From: an uncultured Gaiellaceae bacterium
GTDB taxonomy: Bacteria > Actinomycetota > Thermoleophilia > Gaiellales > Gaiellaceae
NCBI GenBank assembly: GCA_963761905.1
Contig: CAVXIQ010000009.1
Span: forward strand, 12,725-76,724
Length of the DNA: 64,000 nt
Reading direction: 5' to 3'
The notes below the pieces were generated by a model. It was not told where the DNA came from and did no database searches. It worked only from the letters and a program-made list of their open reading frames with translations. The translations under genes were made by a program, and so were the position numbers. Positions 20,360 to 28,856 of the stretch are shown here, piece after piece. How positions within the stretch are numbered: position 1 is the first letter of the stretch; every line of letters starts with the position of its first letter.

Positions 20360-21463
20360 TCAGACGCTACCGGTGAGAAACGCCCAGAGCGACGTGTACG
20401 CCTTCACGAGCGCCGCGATCTCCACGCGCTCGTCGCGTCGGTGCGCGTACCTCGTCGCCCCGGGGCCGAAGTTGACCGCGTCGATCCCGCGGGCCGTGAA
20501 GTCGGCCACGTTCGTCCAGGCCTGCTTCGGCTCGAGCGCGAGGTCGGCGGTAGCGCGAAGGCGCTGCACGAGCGGCGAGTCGGTGACGACGCGCGCCGGC
20601 GGAGAGTCGCCGTCATGCTCGTAGGTCGCGCCGGCGGCGAGAAAGCTGCGGAGGTACGCGTCCGCGCTCTCCGGCGAGCGATCCGGCGCGTACCGGAAGT
20701 TGACGTTCGCCTCGACCCGGTCGGGGATGACGTTCGTCGCGATCCCTCCTTCGATCCGAGTGATGCTCGCGACCTCGGTGAACGTGAGCCCGCCGATCTC
20801 GACTGGGCGAGGCTCGAGTTCCGCATACGGCCGCAGACCTTCGAGCGCACGCTCGATCGCGTTCTCGGCCAGCCAGGGCCTGGCCGAGTGGCCGCTCACG
20901 CCGTGAAACACGAGTCGCGCATTCAGGTTGCCGAGGCAGCCCGCCTGGATCGTGCAGTCGGTGGGCTCGAGCAGGATCGCGAGCTCAGCGTCGTGAACCT
21001 GGGGAACGCTCTCGAAGAAGTGCGGAAGCGCGCTCTCGGACGCGGGCAGCTCCTCTCTGGGAAAGAAGAGGAAGGTGAGCTCCACGTCTTGCGTCGCACG
21101 GAGATCCCCCCACGCCTGTGCGAGCTCGATCATCACCGCAACCCCGGCCTTCATGTCGCTGGCCCCGAGGCCGACCACCTCGGTTTCGGTGGTGTGACCG
21201 GGGATGTTGCCCTGTGCGGGAACCGTGTCGAGATGGCCCGCGAGGACCACGACCGGCCGGCCGTCGCCGTTTCCGCCGTACCAGAGCGTCTCCCCGTCGC
21301 GCCAGGTCGGCTCGCCGACGGCAGCCTCGACGTAGGCGGCGATCTCCGCCTCGTTCCGGCTCTCCGAGGCGATGTCGATCAGGTCGAGGGTCCGCGCGGC
21401 CAGCCGCCGGGCGAGATCCGATTCCGCGGGGCCTGACACGGCGCCCAGCGTGGCACAATCCAT
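20360..21463 (-). CDS. dapE: Succinyl-diaminopimelate desuccinylase (M20 peptidase family)
   Basis: LAGHLDTVP, GASDMKAG, FPREE, HGVSGHSARP. The start is ATG 21463, with an alternative GTG at 21439. Confidence 0.85.
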   Translation of the reverse strand: MDCATLGAVSGPAESDLARRLAARTLDLIDIASESRNEAEIAAYVEAAVGEPTWRDGETLWYGGNGDGRPVVVLAGHLDTVPAQGNIPGHTTETEVVGLGASDMKAGVAVMIELAQAWGDLRATQDVELTFLFFPREELPASESALPHFFESVPQVHDAELAILLEPTDCTIQAGCLGNLNARLVFHGVSGHSARPWLAENAIERALEGLRPYAELEPRPVEIGGLTFTEVASITRIEGGIATNVIPDRVEANVNFRYAPDRSPESADAYLRSFLAAGATYEHDGDSPPARVVTDSPLVQRLRATADLALEPKQAWTNVADFTARGIDAVNFGPGATRYAHRRDERVEIAALVKAYTSLWAFLTGSV

Positions 21464-21466
21464 CGC

Positions 21467-22822
21467 GTGACGACGCGTCAGCCAGAACCTCAGCCGGGCG
21501 CCGAGCCCGAGCGGGGGTTCGTGCTGGCACTCCTGCCGCGGGGGGTCGACGAAGACGACGAGCTGGCGGAACTCCAGGAGCTTGCTCGAACGGCGCTCGT
21601 CGAGCCGGTCGCTCAGCTCGTGCAGCAGCGCTCCCGTCCCGATCCGCGCATGTATGTCGGCAAGGGAAAGCTCGAGGAGCTGAAGACCGCGTACGCGAAG
21701 GCCGAGGCGGATGTGCTCCTCGTCGACGGCGAGCTCGATCCGACGCAGCAGCGAACGCTCGAGAATGCCCTCGACGCCCGGGTCGTCGACCGGACGCAGC
21801 TGATCCTCGACATCTTCGCCCAGCATGCGACGAGCGCCGAGGGGAAGCTCCAGGTCGAGCTCGCGCAGCTCGAGTACAACCTGCCCCGGATGCGCGGGAT
21901 GTGGAAGCACCTCGAGCGCCTTGGCGGCGGCACCGGCGCCGTCGGCGCCGGCGTCGGCACGCGTGGCCCCGGCGAGTCCCAGCTCGAGACCGACCGCCGG
22001 CTAGCGAACCGGAGGGTCGTCGTCCTCCGGCGGCGGCTGAAGGAGATCGAGAAGCAGCGCGGGCTTCGGCGGAGGGAGCGCGAGCGCACGCAGGTTCCGA
22101 CCGTCGCGCTCGCCGGCTACACGAACGTCGGCAAGTCGACGCTCCTGAACGCGCTGACCAACGCCGACGTCTCGGTCGACGACCGGCTCTTCGAGACCCT
22201 CGACCCGACGACGCGCAGCTTCGAGCACGAGGGCAAGCGCTACCTCGTCACCGACACCGTCGGGTTCATCCGGCGGCTGCCGACCCAGCTCGTCGAGGGG
22301 TTCGCGTCGACGCTCGAGGAGACCCTCGTCGCCGACCTGATCCTGCACGTCGTCGACGCCTCGGTGGGGGACGAGAAGCTCGAGGAGATGATCGGCTCCG
22401 TCGACACCGTGCTCGCCGAGATCGGCGCCGACCAGGTGCCGCTCGAGCTCGTCCTGAACAAGATCGACCGGCTCGACCCGCTCGGCAGGCGCCGGCTTGC
22501 GAATCGCTTTCCCGGCTCTCCCCAGATCTCGGCCGCGACAGGAGTCGGAATCGACGAGCTACGACGGCGGATCGCCGAGCGCTTCTCGGATCGCTTCGTC
22601 GACGTTCGCCTGCTCCTCCCGTACGAGGACGGAGGCAAGCTCGCAGAGCTGTACGCCCTCGGAGCGCCTATCGACGAGCGCGAGGACGGGGAGGAGGGCG
22701 TGCTCGTGCGCGCGCGGCTGCCCCAGCGGGAGGTCCGGCGTTTCGCGCGGTATCTCGTCGCGCGATCCGAGGAGCCGGCCACGGTCGAACCGCGCGCCGA
22801 TTCCGCGGTCGAACGCCGTTGA
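21467..22822 (+). CDS. hflX: GTPase HflX
   Basis: PDPRMYVGKGKLEEL, G1 motif GYTNVGKSTLLNAL, DTVGFI and NKID. GTG at 21467, with an alternative GTG at 21518. Confidence 0.92.
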   Translation: MTTRQPEPQPGAEPERGFVLALLPRGVDEDDELAELQELARTALVEPVAQLVQQRSRPDPRMYVGKGKLEELKTAYAKAEADVLLVDGELDPTQQRTLENALDARVVDRTQLILDIFAQHATSAEGKLQVELAQLEYNLPRMRGMWKHLERLGGGTGAVGAGVGTRGPGESQLETDRRLANRRVVVLRRRLKEIEKQRGLRRRERERTQVPTVALAGYTNVGKSTLLNALTNADVSVDDRLFETLDPTTRSFEHEGKRYLVTDTVGFIRRLPTQLVEGFASTLEETLVADLILHVVDASVGDEKLEEMIGSVDTVLAEIGADQVPLELVLNKIDRLDPLGRRRLANRFPGSPQISAATGVGIDELRRRIAERFSDRFVDVRLLLPYEDGGKLAELYALGAPIDEREDGEEGVLVRARLPQREVRRFARYLVARSEEPATVEPRADSAVERR

Positions 22823-23253
22823 CTCAGCTCGCGATCACGCGACTGCGCCCGGAAGCGACGATTCCCGAGCGCGCCTACGAGGGCGATGCCGGTCTCGACC
22901 TGGCGGCGTGCGAGCGGGTGGAGCTCGGGCCAGGCGAGCGGGCGACGGTCGGAACCGGGCTCGCCGTCGCGATTCCCGAGGGCCATGCAGGCTTCGTGCA
23001 GCCGCGCTCGGGACTTGCGGCGAGCCACGGGATCACGATCGTCAACTCGCCGGGGCTGATCGACGAGGGCTATCGCGGCGAGCTTCGGATCGTGCTCCTG
23101 AACACGGACGGAAAGCAGCGTTTCGTGGTCGAACCGGGCATGCGAATCGCGCAGCTCGTGGTGCTCGCCCTTCCCCAGCTGGAGCTGGTCGAGGTCGACG
23201 AGCTGCCCGCCAGCGAGCGCGGCGCCCGCGGTTTTGGGTCGTCGCGGGCGTAG
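22819..23253 (+). CDS. dut: dUTP diphosphatase
   Basis: TTG 22819 overlaps the hflX stop (TTGA). Motifs AYEGDAGLDL, PRSGLA, GLIDEGYRGEL and RGARGFGSS. Confidence 0.9.
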   Translation: MTQLAITRLRPEATIPERAYEGDAGLDLAACERVELGPGERATVGTGLAVAIPEGHAGFVQPRSGLAASHGITIVNSPGLIDEGYRGELRIVLLNTDGKQRFVVEPGMRIAQLVVLALPQLELVEVDELPASERGARGFGSSRA

Positions 23254-23255
23254 GA

Positions 23256-23708
23256 GTGAGGCTCGAGCCGCGAATCCGGGTCTCGGCGATGCTGCGCTGG
23301 CACGGGCGGATCCTGCTCTGCCGTCACGCCAAGCGGAGCGGCGACGTCTGGCTGCTTCCCGGTGGAGGAGTGAAGTCCGGCGAGAGCCTGATGGTCGCGC
23401 TGGCGCGAGAGCTGGCGGAGGAGGTCGGGATCGAGGCGCCACCGGTAGAAGGGCCGGTGGCACTCGTCGATTCGATCGCTCCGGCGCGCTCGCTGAGCAC
23501 GAAGCACGTCGTCCACATCATCTTCGCGGGCGACGTCGACGGCTCGCTCGAGGATGTGGTCTCCCAGGACGAGGCGGTGAGCGAGCATCGACTCTTCGCG
23601 CTCGACGAGCTCGACGGGATCGTCGTCCACCCACCGATCCAGCGATTTCTCCAGCGCTGGCAGCCGGGCGACCCTGCGGTCTATCTGGGAGCGCTCTGGC
23701 GGCCCTAG
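23256..23708 (+). CDS. NUDIX hydrolase
   Basis: Nudix box GGGVKSGESLMVALARELAEEVGI. GTG lies 2 nt after the dut stop. Confidence 0.85.
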   Translation: MRLEPRIRVSAMLRWHGRILLCRHAKRSGDVWLLPGGGVKSGESLMVALARELAEEVGIEAPPVEGPVALVDSIAPARSLSTKHVVHIIFAGDVDGSLEDVVSQDEAVSEHRLFALDELDGIVVHPPIQRFLQRWQPGDPAVYLGALWRP

Positions 23709-23754
23709 GTGGCAGCCGCGTGGAGCATCCTCGCTCACTGAGTAGGATCGCCGG

Positions 23755-25140
23755 ATGGCGCACGACGAGCTGCTGAGGCTCACCGTCGATCACGCCGCCC
23801 GCTACCTGGACTCACTCGGGGAGCGTTCGGTGGCGGCAAGTTCGACGATCGAGGAGCTGCGGGAAGCACTCGGCGGGCCCCTCTCCGACGACGGGATCGC
23901 CGATGCGGAGGTCGTCGCGGAGCTTGTCGCGGGAGCCGAGCCGGGTGTCGTCGGAACGCAGACCGGGCGCTATTTCGGCTTCGTGATCGGAAGCGCGCTG
24001 CCGGCGTCGGTGGCGGCGGACTGGCTCGCGACCACGTGGGATCAGAACGGCTTCTCGGTCGTCACCTCGCCTGCCGCCGCGGCCGTCGAAGAGATCGCCG
24101 CGGGGTGGCTCGCCGAGCTGCTCGGCCTGCCCGACGGTGTCTCGAGCGGGTTCGTCACCGGCGCCCAGGGCGCGAACACGACTGCGCTTGCGGCTGCGCG
24201 ACAGCACGTCCTGACCCGCGCGGGATGGGACGTCGCTCGTGACGGGCTCGTCGGCGCCCCGCGGATTCGCGTCGTCGCCGGTGCGGAGCGACACGTCACG
24301 ATCGACCGTTCGCTCCGGCTGCTCGGGCTCGGAACCGCCTGTCTCGAGCTCGTCCCAGCGGACGGTCAGGGCAGGATGCGCGTCGATGCGCTCCACGAGA
24401 CACTCGAGGCAGCGGAGGCGCCCACGATCGTCTGCGCCCAAGCGGGCAACGTCAACACCGGCGCGGTCGACCCCCTCGCAGCGATCGCGGACGCGTGCGA
24501 GCCCACGGAAGCCTGGATCCACGTCGACGGCGCCTTCGGGCTCTGGGCGGCCGCGAGCCCGCGGTATCGCGAACTCGTCGACGGCGTCGAACGGGCGGAT
24601 TCGTGGGCCGCGGATGCCCACAAGTGGCTCAACGTCCCGTACGACTGCGGGATCGTTTTCACGAGGCATGCCAACGCGCATGCCGACGCCATGGCGGTCG
24701 CGGCCAGCTATCTCCAGCGCGCTGGCGGTCGCAGTCCCTCCGACTGGGTTCCGGAGTCGTCTCGCCGCGCGCGCGGGTTCGCTGTCTGGGCGGCGTTGAG
24801 GTCGCTCGGGCGCAACGGCGTGGCCCATCTGGTCGACCGGTGCTGCGAGCACGCCCGCCGGTTCGCCGAGCTGCTGGCCGCCGAGCCCGGCGTCGAGATC
24901 CTCAACGAGATTTGTCTCAACCAGGTTCTCGTCCGCTTCCACGACGACGACCAGACGACGCGCGAGGTGGTTCGCCGCGTTCAGGACAGCGGCGTCTGCT
25001 GGCTCGGCGCCACGGACTGGCAGGGCCGAGCGGCGATGCGGATCTCCGTCTCGAGCTTCCGGACGACGGCCGACGACGTCGACCGCTCGGCGGCGGCGAT
25101 CCTAGAAGCGGCCGCCGCGAGCTCTGGCGCGCTGCGCTGA
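23755..25140 (+). CDS. Pyridoxal-dependent (group II) amino-acid decarboxylase family protein
   Basis: GRYFGFVIGS, VTGAQGANTTAL, VDGAFG and DAHKWLNVPYDCG (PLP lysine). The 3' end overlaps gatD by 39 nt, in convergent orientation. Confidence 0.8.
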   Translation: MAHDELLRLTVDHAARYLDSLGERSVAASSTIEELREALGGPLSDDGIADAEVVAELVAGAEPGVVGTQTGRYFGFVIGSALPASVAADWLATTWDQNGFSVVTSPAAAAVEEIAAGWLAELLGLPDGVSSGFVTGAQGANTTALAAARQHVLTRAGWDVARDGLVGAPRIRVVAGAERHVTIDRSLRLLGLGTACLELVPADGQGRMRVDALHETLEAAEAPTIVCAQAGNVNTGAVDPLAAIADACEPTEAWIHVDGAFGLWAAASPRYRELVDGVERADSWAADAHKWLNVPYDCGIVFTRHANAHADAMAVAASYLQRAGGRSPSDWVPESSRRARGFAVWAALRSLGRNGVAHLVDRCCEHARRFAELLAAEPGVEILNEICLNQVLVRFHDDDQTTREVVRRVQDSGVCWLGATDWQGRAAMRISVSSFRTTADDVDRSAAAILEAAAASSGALR

Positions 25141-25854
25141 CACGGCGTGGGCGTTGGCCTCGAGCGTGTCGTCGAGCGGCTCCAGCTCCGGCGGCTCGGT
25201 TTCCGCGGCGTGAGCGAGCGCCTGCGCGAGCAGCCAGTCGGCGAGCCAGGGGTTGCGCGGTAGCAGCGGGCCGTGCAGGTACGTGCCGATCGCCCGGCCG
25301 ACCCGACAGCCTTCGTAGCCGGACTCTCCGTCGTTTCCGAAGCCTGCGACGACCCGACCGAGCGGCTCGGCGCCGGGGTCGAGCCGGGTTCGGCCCGCGT
25401 GATTCTCGAACCCGGCGATGGTTCGCCGCTTGCCTGGCTCGAGCTCGCACTCGAGCAGAACGTCACCGATCATTCGCCGTTCCCCGGCGACCGTCTCATG
25501 CGGGAAGAGGCCGACACCGGGCAGGTCGGCGCCACGGAGGCCCCGATAGCCTCGGCCGAGGAGCTGATAGCCACCGCAGACGGCGAGGAGCGCCGCTCCG
25601 GCGGCTACCGCCGACTCGATCGCGACGGCCTTTGCGGCGAGGTCGCCGGCGACGAGCGCCTGCTCGCGATCCTGGCCGCCGCCGATGTAGAGCAGATCGT
25701 GAGCCCCCGGCTGCAGGTCGTTCCCGAAGCCGATTGCCTCGACGACGAGCTCGTGCCCTCGCAGCGACGCTCGGCGGGCGAGAACGGCGACGTTGCCGCG
25801 ATCGGCGTAGATGTTCAGGTAGTCCGGATAGAGGTGTCCCATCCGGATCTTCAC
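25102..25854 (-). CDS. gatD: Lipid II isoglutaminyl synthase, glutaminase subunit GatD (CobQ/CobB-type GATase)
   Basis: HLYPDYLNIYADRGN, catalytic VCGGYQLLG, YLHGPLLPRNP. ATGA-type overlap with murT. Confidence 0.85.
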   Translation of the reverse strand: MKIRMGHLYPDYLNIYADRGNVAVLARRASLRGHELVVEAIGFGNDLQPGAHDLLYIGGGQDREQALVAGDLAAKAVAIESAVAAGAALLAVCGGYQLLGRGYRGLRGADLPGVGLFPHETVAGERRMIGDVLLECELEPGKRRTIAGFENHAGRTRLDPGAEPLGRVVAGFGNDGESGYEGCRVGRAIGTYLHGPLLPRNPWLADWLLAQALAHAAETEPPELEPLDDTLEANAHAVSAQRARARGGRF

Positions 25855-27221
25855 GACCCCGCCTCCCAGTAGGGCCGCGTCAGACCCCGCTCGGCGACGA
25901 TCCGCTGCAGTGCGAGCATCGCGGTGTAGGTCGGCAGGACGACGAGCTCGCCTCCGGCCGGCGTCAGCTCGAGCGCGCGATCGAGAGCCCGCTCCAGCTC
26001 CGGTTGCAGCTCGAGCGCGCTCTCTTCGAGTCCGCCGTACGTGCAGCGGAGCGCCAGTTCCGCAGCACGGTCACCGGAGACGACGACCCGCTCCGCTCGC
26101 GCGAGCAACGGCTCGAGATCGATGTCCCAGATCCACGACACGTCCTTCCCGTCCGCGATCGCGTCGTTCAGAGCGAGCAGGAGCACCGGCGGCGCGTCGC
26201 CGTCTTCGAGCGTCCGGACGACCTCGTTCGCGCCTGCAGGGTTCTTGATCAGGAGGACGAGGATCGACTTGTCGCCGCTCGCGATCCGCTCGAAGCGACC
26301 GAAGGCTGCGTCGAAGCGGCCGAGACCGAGCCTGATCTCCTCCAGGCTCGAGCCGAGCGTCTGGGCGAGCGCGGCGGCACCGACCGCGTTGTACACGTTG
26401 TAGAGGCCGGGCAGCCGCAGCTCGACGCGAGTCGAACCCTCCGGTGTCACGAGCTCGAACGCCGCGCTGTCGAGCCCCGCGAGCTCGATCTCCCGGGCGA
26501 CTACCTGAAGCTCAGGGCGGGCGTGTCCGCAGGAAGTACAGCGATAGTCGCCGAGATGGCCGACGTAGGCGGCCGCGAACTCGTACGGGTGGCCGCAGAC
26601 GATGCAGTAGCGCGAGTCCGCCGCGTGCTGGAGCGACGGACGCGCGTGCCGTGGATCGTCGAGCCCGTAGGCAACGGCGCCGTTCCGGTCGCGGGCCAGG
26701 CTGCCGACCTGCGGGTCGTCGCCGTTGACGACCAGCGTCGTCGAGTGGGGGAGACCGAGAACCGTGCGTCGCCAGCCGGCCGCAACGTGCTCGAGCTCTC
26801 CGTAGCGGTCGAGCTGGTCGCGAAAGAGGTTGCCGAGCAGGAGCGCGCTCGGCCGAACGCGTCGAACTGCCTCGGGCAGCGCCGCCTCGTCGACCTCCAG
26901 GAGGGCGAGCTCCGCCTCGGGGGCGGCGAGCAGTGCCGACGCCACCCCAGACAGGAGATTGGCGCCCGAGCGATTCCAGGCGAGCCGGATGTCCGGGCCG
27001 AGGATCTCCGCGACCATCGCGGTCGTCGTTGTCTTGCCGTTCGTGGCCGAGACGACGACGGCTCCGCGCTCGAGCCTCGCTGCGAGCGCGTCGATCGCCC
27101 CGGGATCGAGCTTCCAGAGCAGCTTTCCCGGAATCGTCGTGCCTCCGCCCGTTCCCGCGAACCGGGAAAGCCGTGCGGCGGCACGGGCGGCGGCCGCTTC
27201 GAGTGCCAGGCGGGCGTTCAT
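25851..27221 (-). CDS. murT: Lipid II isoglutaminyl synthase, Mur-ligase-like subunit MurT
   Basis: P-loop VSATNGKTTT, Cys4 ribbon CIVCGHPYEF...YRCTSCGH, and DUF1727-like GKDVSWIWDIDLE. ATG 27221 is in frame with the stop at 25851. Confidence 0.88.
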   Translation of the reverse strand: MNARLALEAAAARAAARLSRFAGTGGGTTIPGKLLWKLDPGAIDALAARLERGAVVVSATNGKTTTTAMVAEILGPDIRLAWNRSGANLLSGVASALLAAPEAELALLEVDEAALPEAVRRVRPSALLLGNLFRDQLDRYGELEHVAAGWRRTVLGLPHSTTLVVNGDDPQVGSLARDRNGAVAYGLDDPRHARPSLQHAADSRYCIVCGHPYEFAAAYVGHLGDYRCTSCGHARPELQVVAREIELAGLDSAAFELVTPEGSTRVELRLPGLYNVYNAVGAAALAQTLGSSLEEIRLGLGRFDAAFGRFERIASGDKSILVLLIKNPAGANEVVRTLEDGDAPPVLLLALNDAIADGKDVSWIWDIDLEPLLARAERVVVSGDRAAELALRCTYGGLEESALELQPELERALDRALELTPAGGELVVLPTYTAMLALQRIVAERGLTRPYWEAGS

Positions 27222-27271
27222 CCGCGTCGAGACTAGCCTCTCCCGAAAGGGCCACGGCTGCTCGTGCCCCC

Positions 27272-27299
27272 TTGCAATATTGTCAATCTGCTCTAGACT
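27272..27299 (+). promoter_or_regulatory. Candidate sigma-70 promoter giving a leaderless mRNA for the HEAR-repeat gene
   Basis: TTGCAA, then a 16-nt spacer, then TAGACT. The -10 element ends 6 nt before ATG 27306 and there is no Shine-Dalgarno. This is the AT-richest patch of the murT/HEAR divergent spacer. Confidence 0.35.
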
Positions 27300-27305
27300 A
27301 CTTGC

Positions 27306-27986
27306 ATGACCCGAGGTCGCCGCCACCCGTCGGTGGCAGGCATCGACCCGCAGGCTCTGGCCGAGTTCCAGGCGGGCATTCGCAAGCGGTACACCGACGA
27401 GCAGATCCTCGCAGAGCTGCGGGAGAGCGCCGAGCGACTCGGCAGGTCGCCGACGATGCGCGAGTTCGCAGCCGACACGCAGACGCGAGTCCATCCACAG
27501 ACGGTGATCGAGCACTTCGGGAGCTGGAACGCCGCCAAGCGACAAGCGGGCCTCGTCCCACGCCGGTTCGCGACCCGCGAGGAGCTGCTCGGGCGGCTCC
27601 GGCTGCTCGGCGAGGAGCTTGGCCGAACGCCCACCGCCCGCGACCTCGACGAGCGCAAGGGCTCGATGCCCTCGAAGTCCCTGCTCTGGCACACGTTCGG
27701 CTCGTTCGCGCAGGCGTTGAGGGAGGCGGGCTTCGACGTCCCACTCGGCGAGGAGCGGCTCGAACGGGCGGTCGAGCAGGGTGCCGTGCTCGCCCGCAGC
27801 CTCGGCCGATTGCCGAAGATGGACGACTGGAAACGTGCCCGCCAGAACGATCCCTCGCTCCTCACCGAATGGCAGGTGTATCGGATGCTCGACGTGCAAC
27901 CCGCGTGGGCCGCTTTCCAGTACCTCGTGCGGGAGCGACTCCAGGAGGAAGGCGCAAGCGTGGCGCCGGACGGAACCCTGACCTAG
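27306..27986 (+). CDS. Protein made of three tandem homing-endonuclease-associated repeats (HEAR-like); no catalytic domain
   Basis: Three ~50-aa units: ILAELRESAERLGRSPTMREF...HFGSWNAAKRQAGL; LLGRLRLLGEELGRTPTARDL...TFGSFAQALREAGF; VEQGAVLARSLGRLPKMDDW.... Confidence 0.6.
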   Translation: MTRGRRHPSVAGIDPQALAEFQAGIRKRYTDEQILAELRESAERLGRSPTMREFAADTQTRVHPQTVIEHFGSWNAAKRQAGLVPRRFATREELLGRLRLLGEELGRTPTARDLDERKGSMPSKSLLWHTFGSFAQALREAGFDVPLGEERLERAVEQGAVLARSLGRLPKMDDWKRARQNDPSLLTEWQVYRMLDVQPAWAAFQYLVRERLQEEGASVAPDGTLT

Positions 27987-27989
27987 CCG

Positions 27990-28787
27990 CTACGCAGCTG
28001 CGAGCGCGATCGCCGCGAGCCGGCGAAGGCAGGAGTCGCCTTCGTGCGGAGCTCGAATCGAGGGGAGGACCGTCTCCTCGACGTACGAACGATCGGGGTG
28101 GAACCGGTGAGTGCTCTCGATCCGGCCGTCGACGGCGTGGAGCAGGGTTCCCTCGTCGACCTCGCGCTTCCGAAGCGTCAGCCGAAGCGTCCGCTCGAGC
28201 ACCTCGAGCGCATCTCGAGTCGAGGCGAAGAAGAGCTCCTTGCTGCCGGTGCCGATCCAGAGCGGACGACCGAAGGCGCGGGCAATGAAGAGAGTCGAGG
28301 GAGCGCGCTCGTCGAGCCAGCTCGTCGCCATCGCCCCGTGCAGCTCCTCGAGCGCTTCCGGCCGCCCTTCGGCGTGCTCGGCGAGCGCGAAGATCGCCTC
28401 CGAGTCGACGGTCATCTCGGGCGTCGCGCGGGCGAAGCCGTAGCGGGCGAAGATCTCGTCGTCGTTGACGATGATCCCGTTGTGGATCCCGATCACGGCT
28501 CCGTGCCGGATGGGGTGGTTGTTCGCCTCGATCGTCGGATGGCCCTTCGTGTAGTCACGGACGTGCACGAGAACCTGCGTCGCGGCCGCCGGCACATGGA
28601 CCTCGTCCAGCAGCGCGGTTGCCCCCGAGCGACGCTTGTGGATCCGGACGACCGGATCGCTCCCGCGATATGCATAGCCGACTGCATCGGCTCCTCGCTC
28701 GGCGATCCCGGCCAGCAGAGCCTGCGCCGCGAGCGTCTTGTTGACGCTGGAGGCTGGATCGAGGCTGTATCCGGCGATTCCACACAT
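27990..28787 (-). CDS. Stand-alone class-II (Ntn) glutamine amidotransferase domain protein
   Basis: N-terminal nucleophile MCGIAG, then HVRDYTKG, NNHP, IHNGIIVN and DSEAIF. There is no synthase domain (265 aa). Confidence 0.8.
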   Translation of the reverse strand: MCGIAGYSLDPASSVNKTLAAQALLAGIAERGADAVGYAYRGSDPVVRIHKRRSGATALLDEVHVPAAATQVLVHVRDYTKGHPTIEANNHPIRHGAVIGIHNGIIVNDDEIFARYGFARATPEMTVDSEAIFALAEHAEGRPEALEELHGAMATSWLDERAPSTLFIARAFGRPLWIGTGSKELFFASTRDALEVLERTLRLTLRKREVDEGTLLHAVDGRIESTHRFHPDRSYVEETVLPSIRAPHEGDSCLRRLAAIALAAA

Positions 28788-28856
28788 ATCTACTGAATCC
28801 TACGACTGTTATCGGCTGGTGAACCCACGACTTGAAGAGCGTAGACGCAAGGTGTA

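Noticed and set aside
25102-25140. 39-nt convergent overlap of the decarboxylase and gatD 3' ends as a regulatory feature
   Set aside because: Short 3' overlaps are common in compact GC-rich genomes, and either stop could move with a single sequencing error. There is nothing else to support a function.
24495-27236. 913-aa plus-strand ORF (similar long ORFs at 21118-23253, 59702-61396 and 60791-62530)
   Set aside because: These are antisense or out-of-frame to gatD/murT, hflX/dut and murA. Their composition is dominated by R, G, P and A. Only their terminal segments (dut, ridA, the HD protein) are real genes.
27306-27986. HEAR-repeat gene as an active homing endonuclease or mobile element
   Set aside because: No nuclease domain, intein or intron context, flanking repeats or integrase. 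Only the accessory repeats are present.
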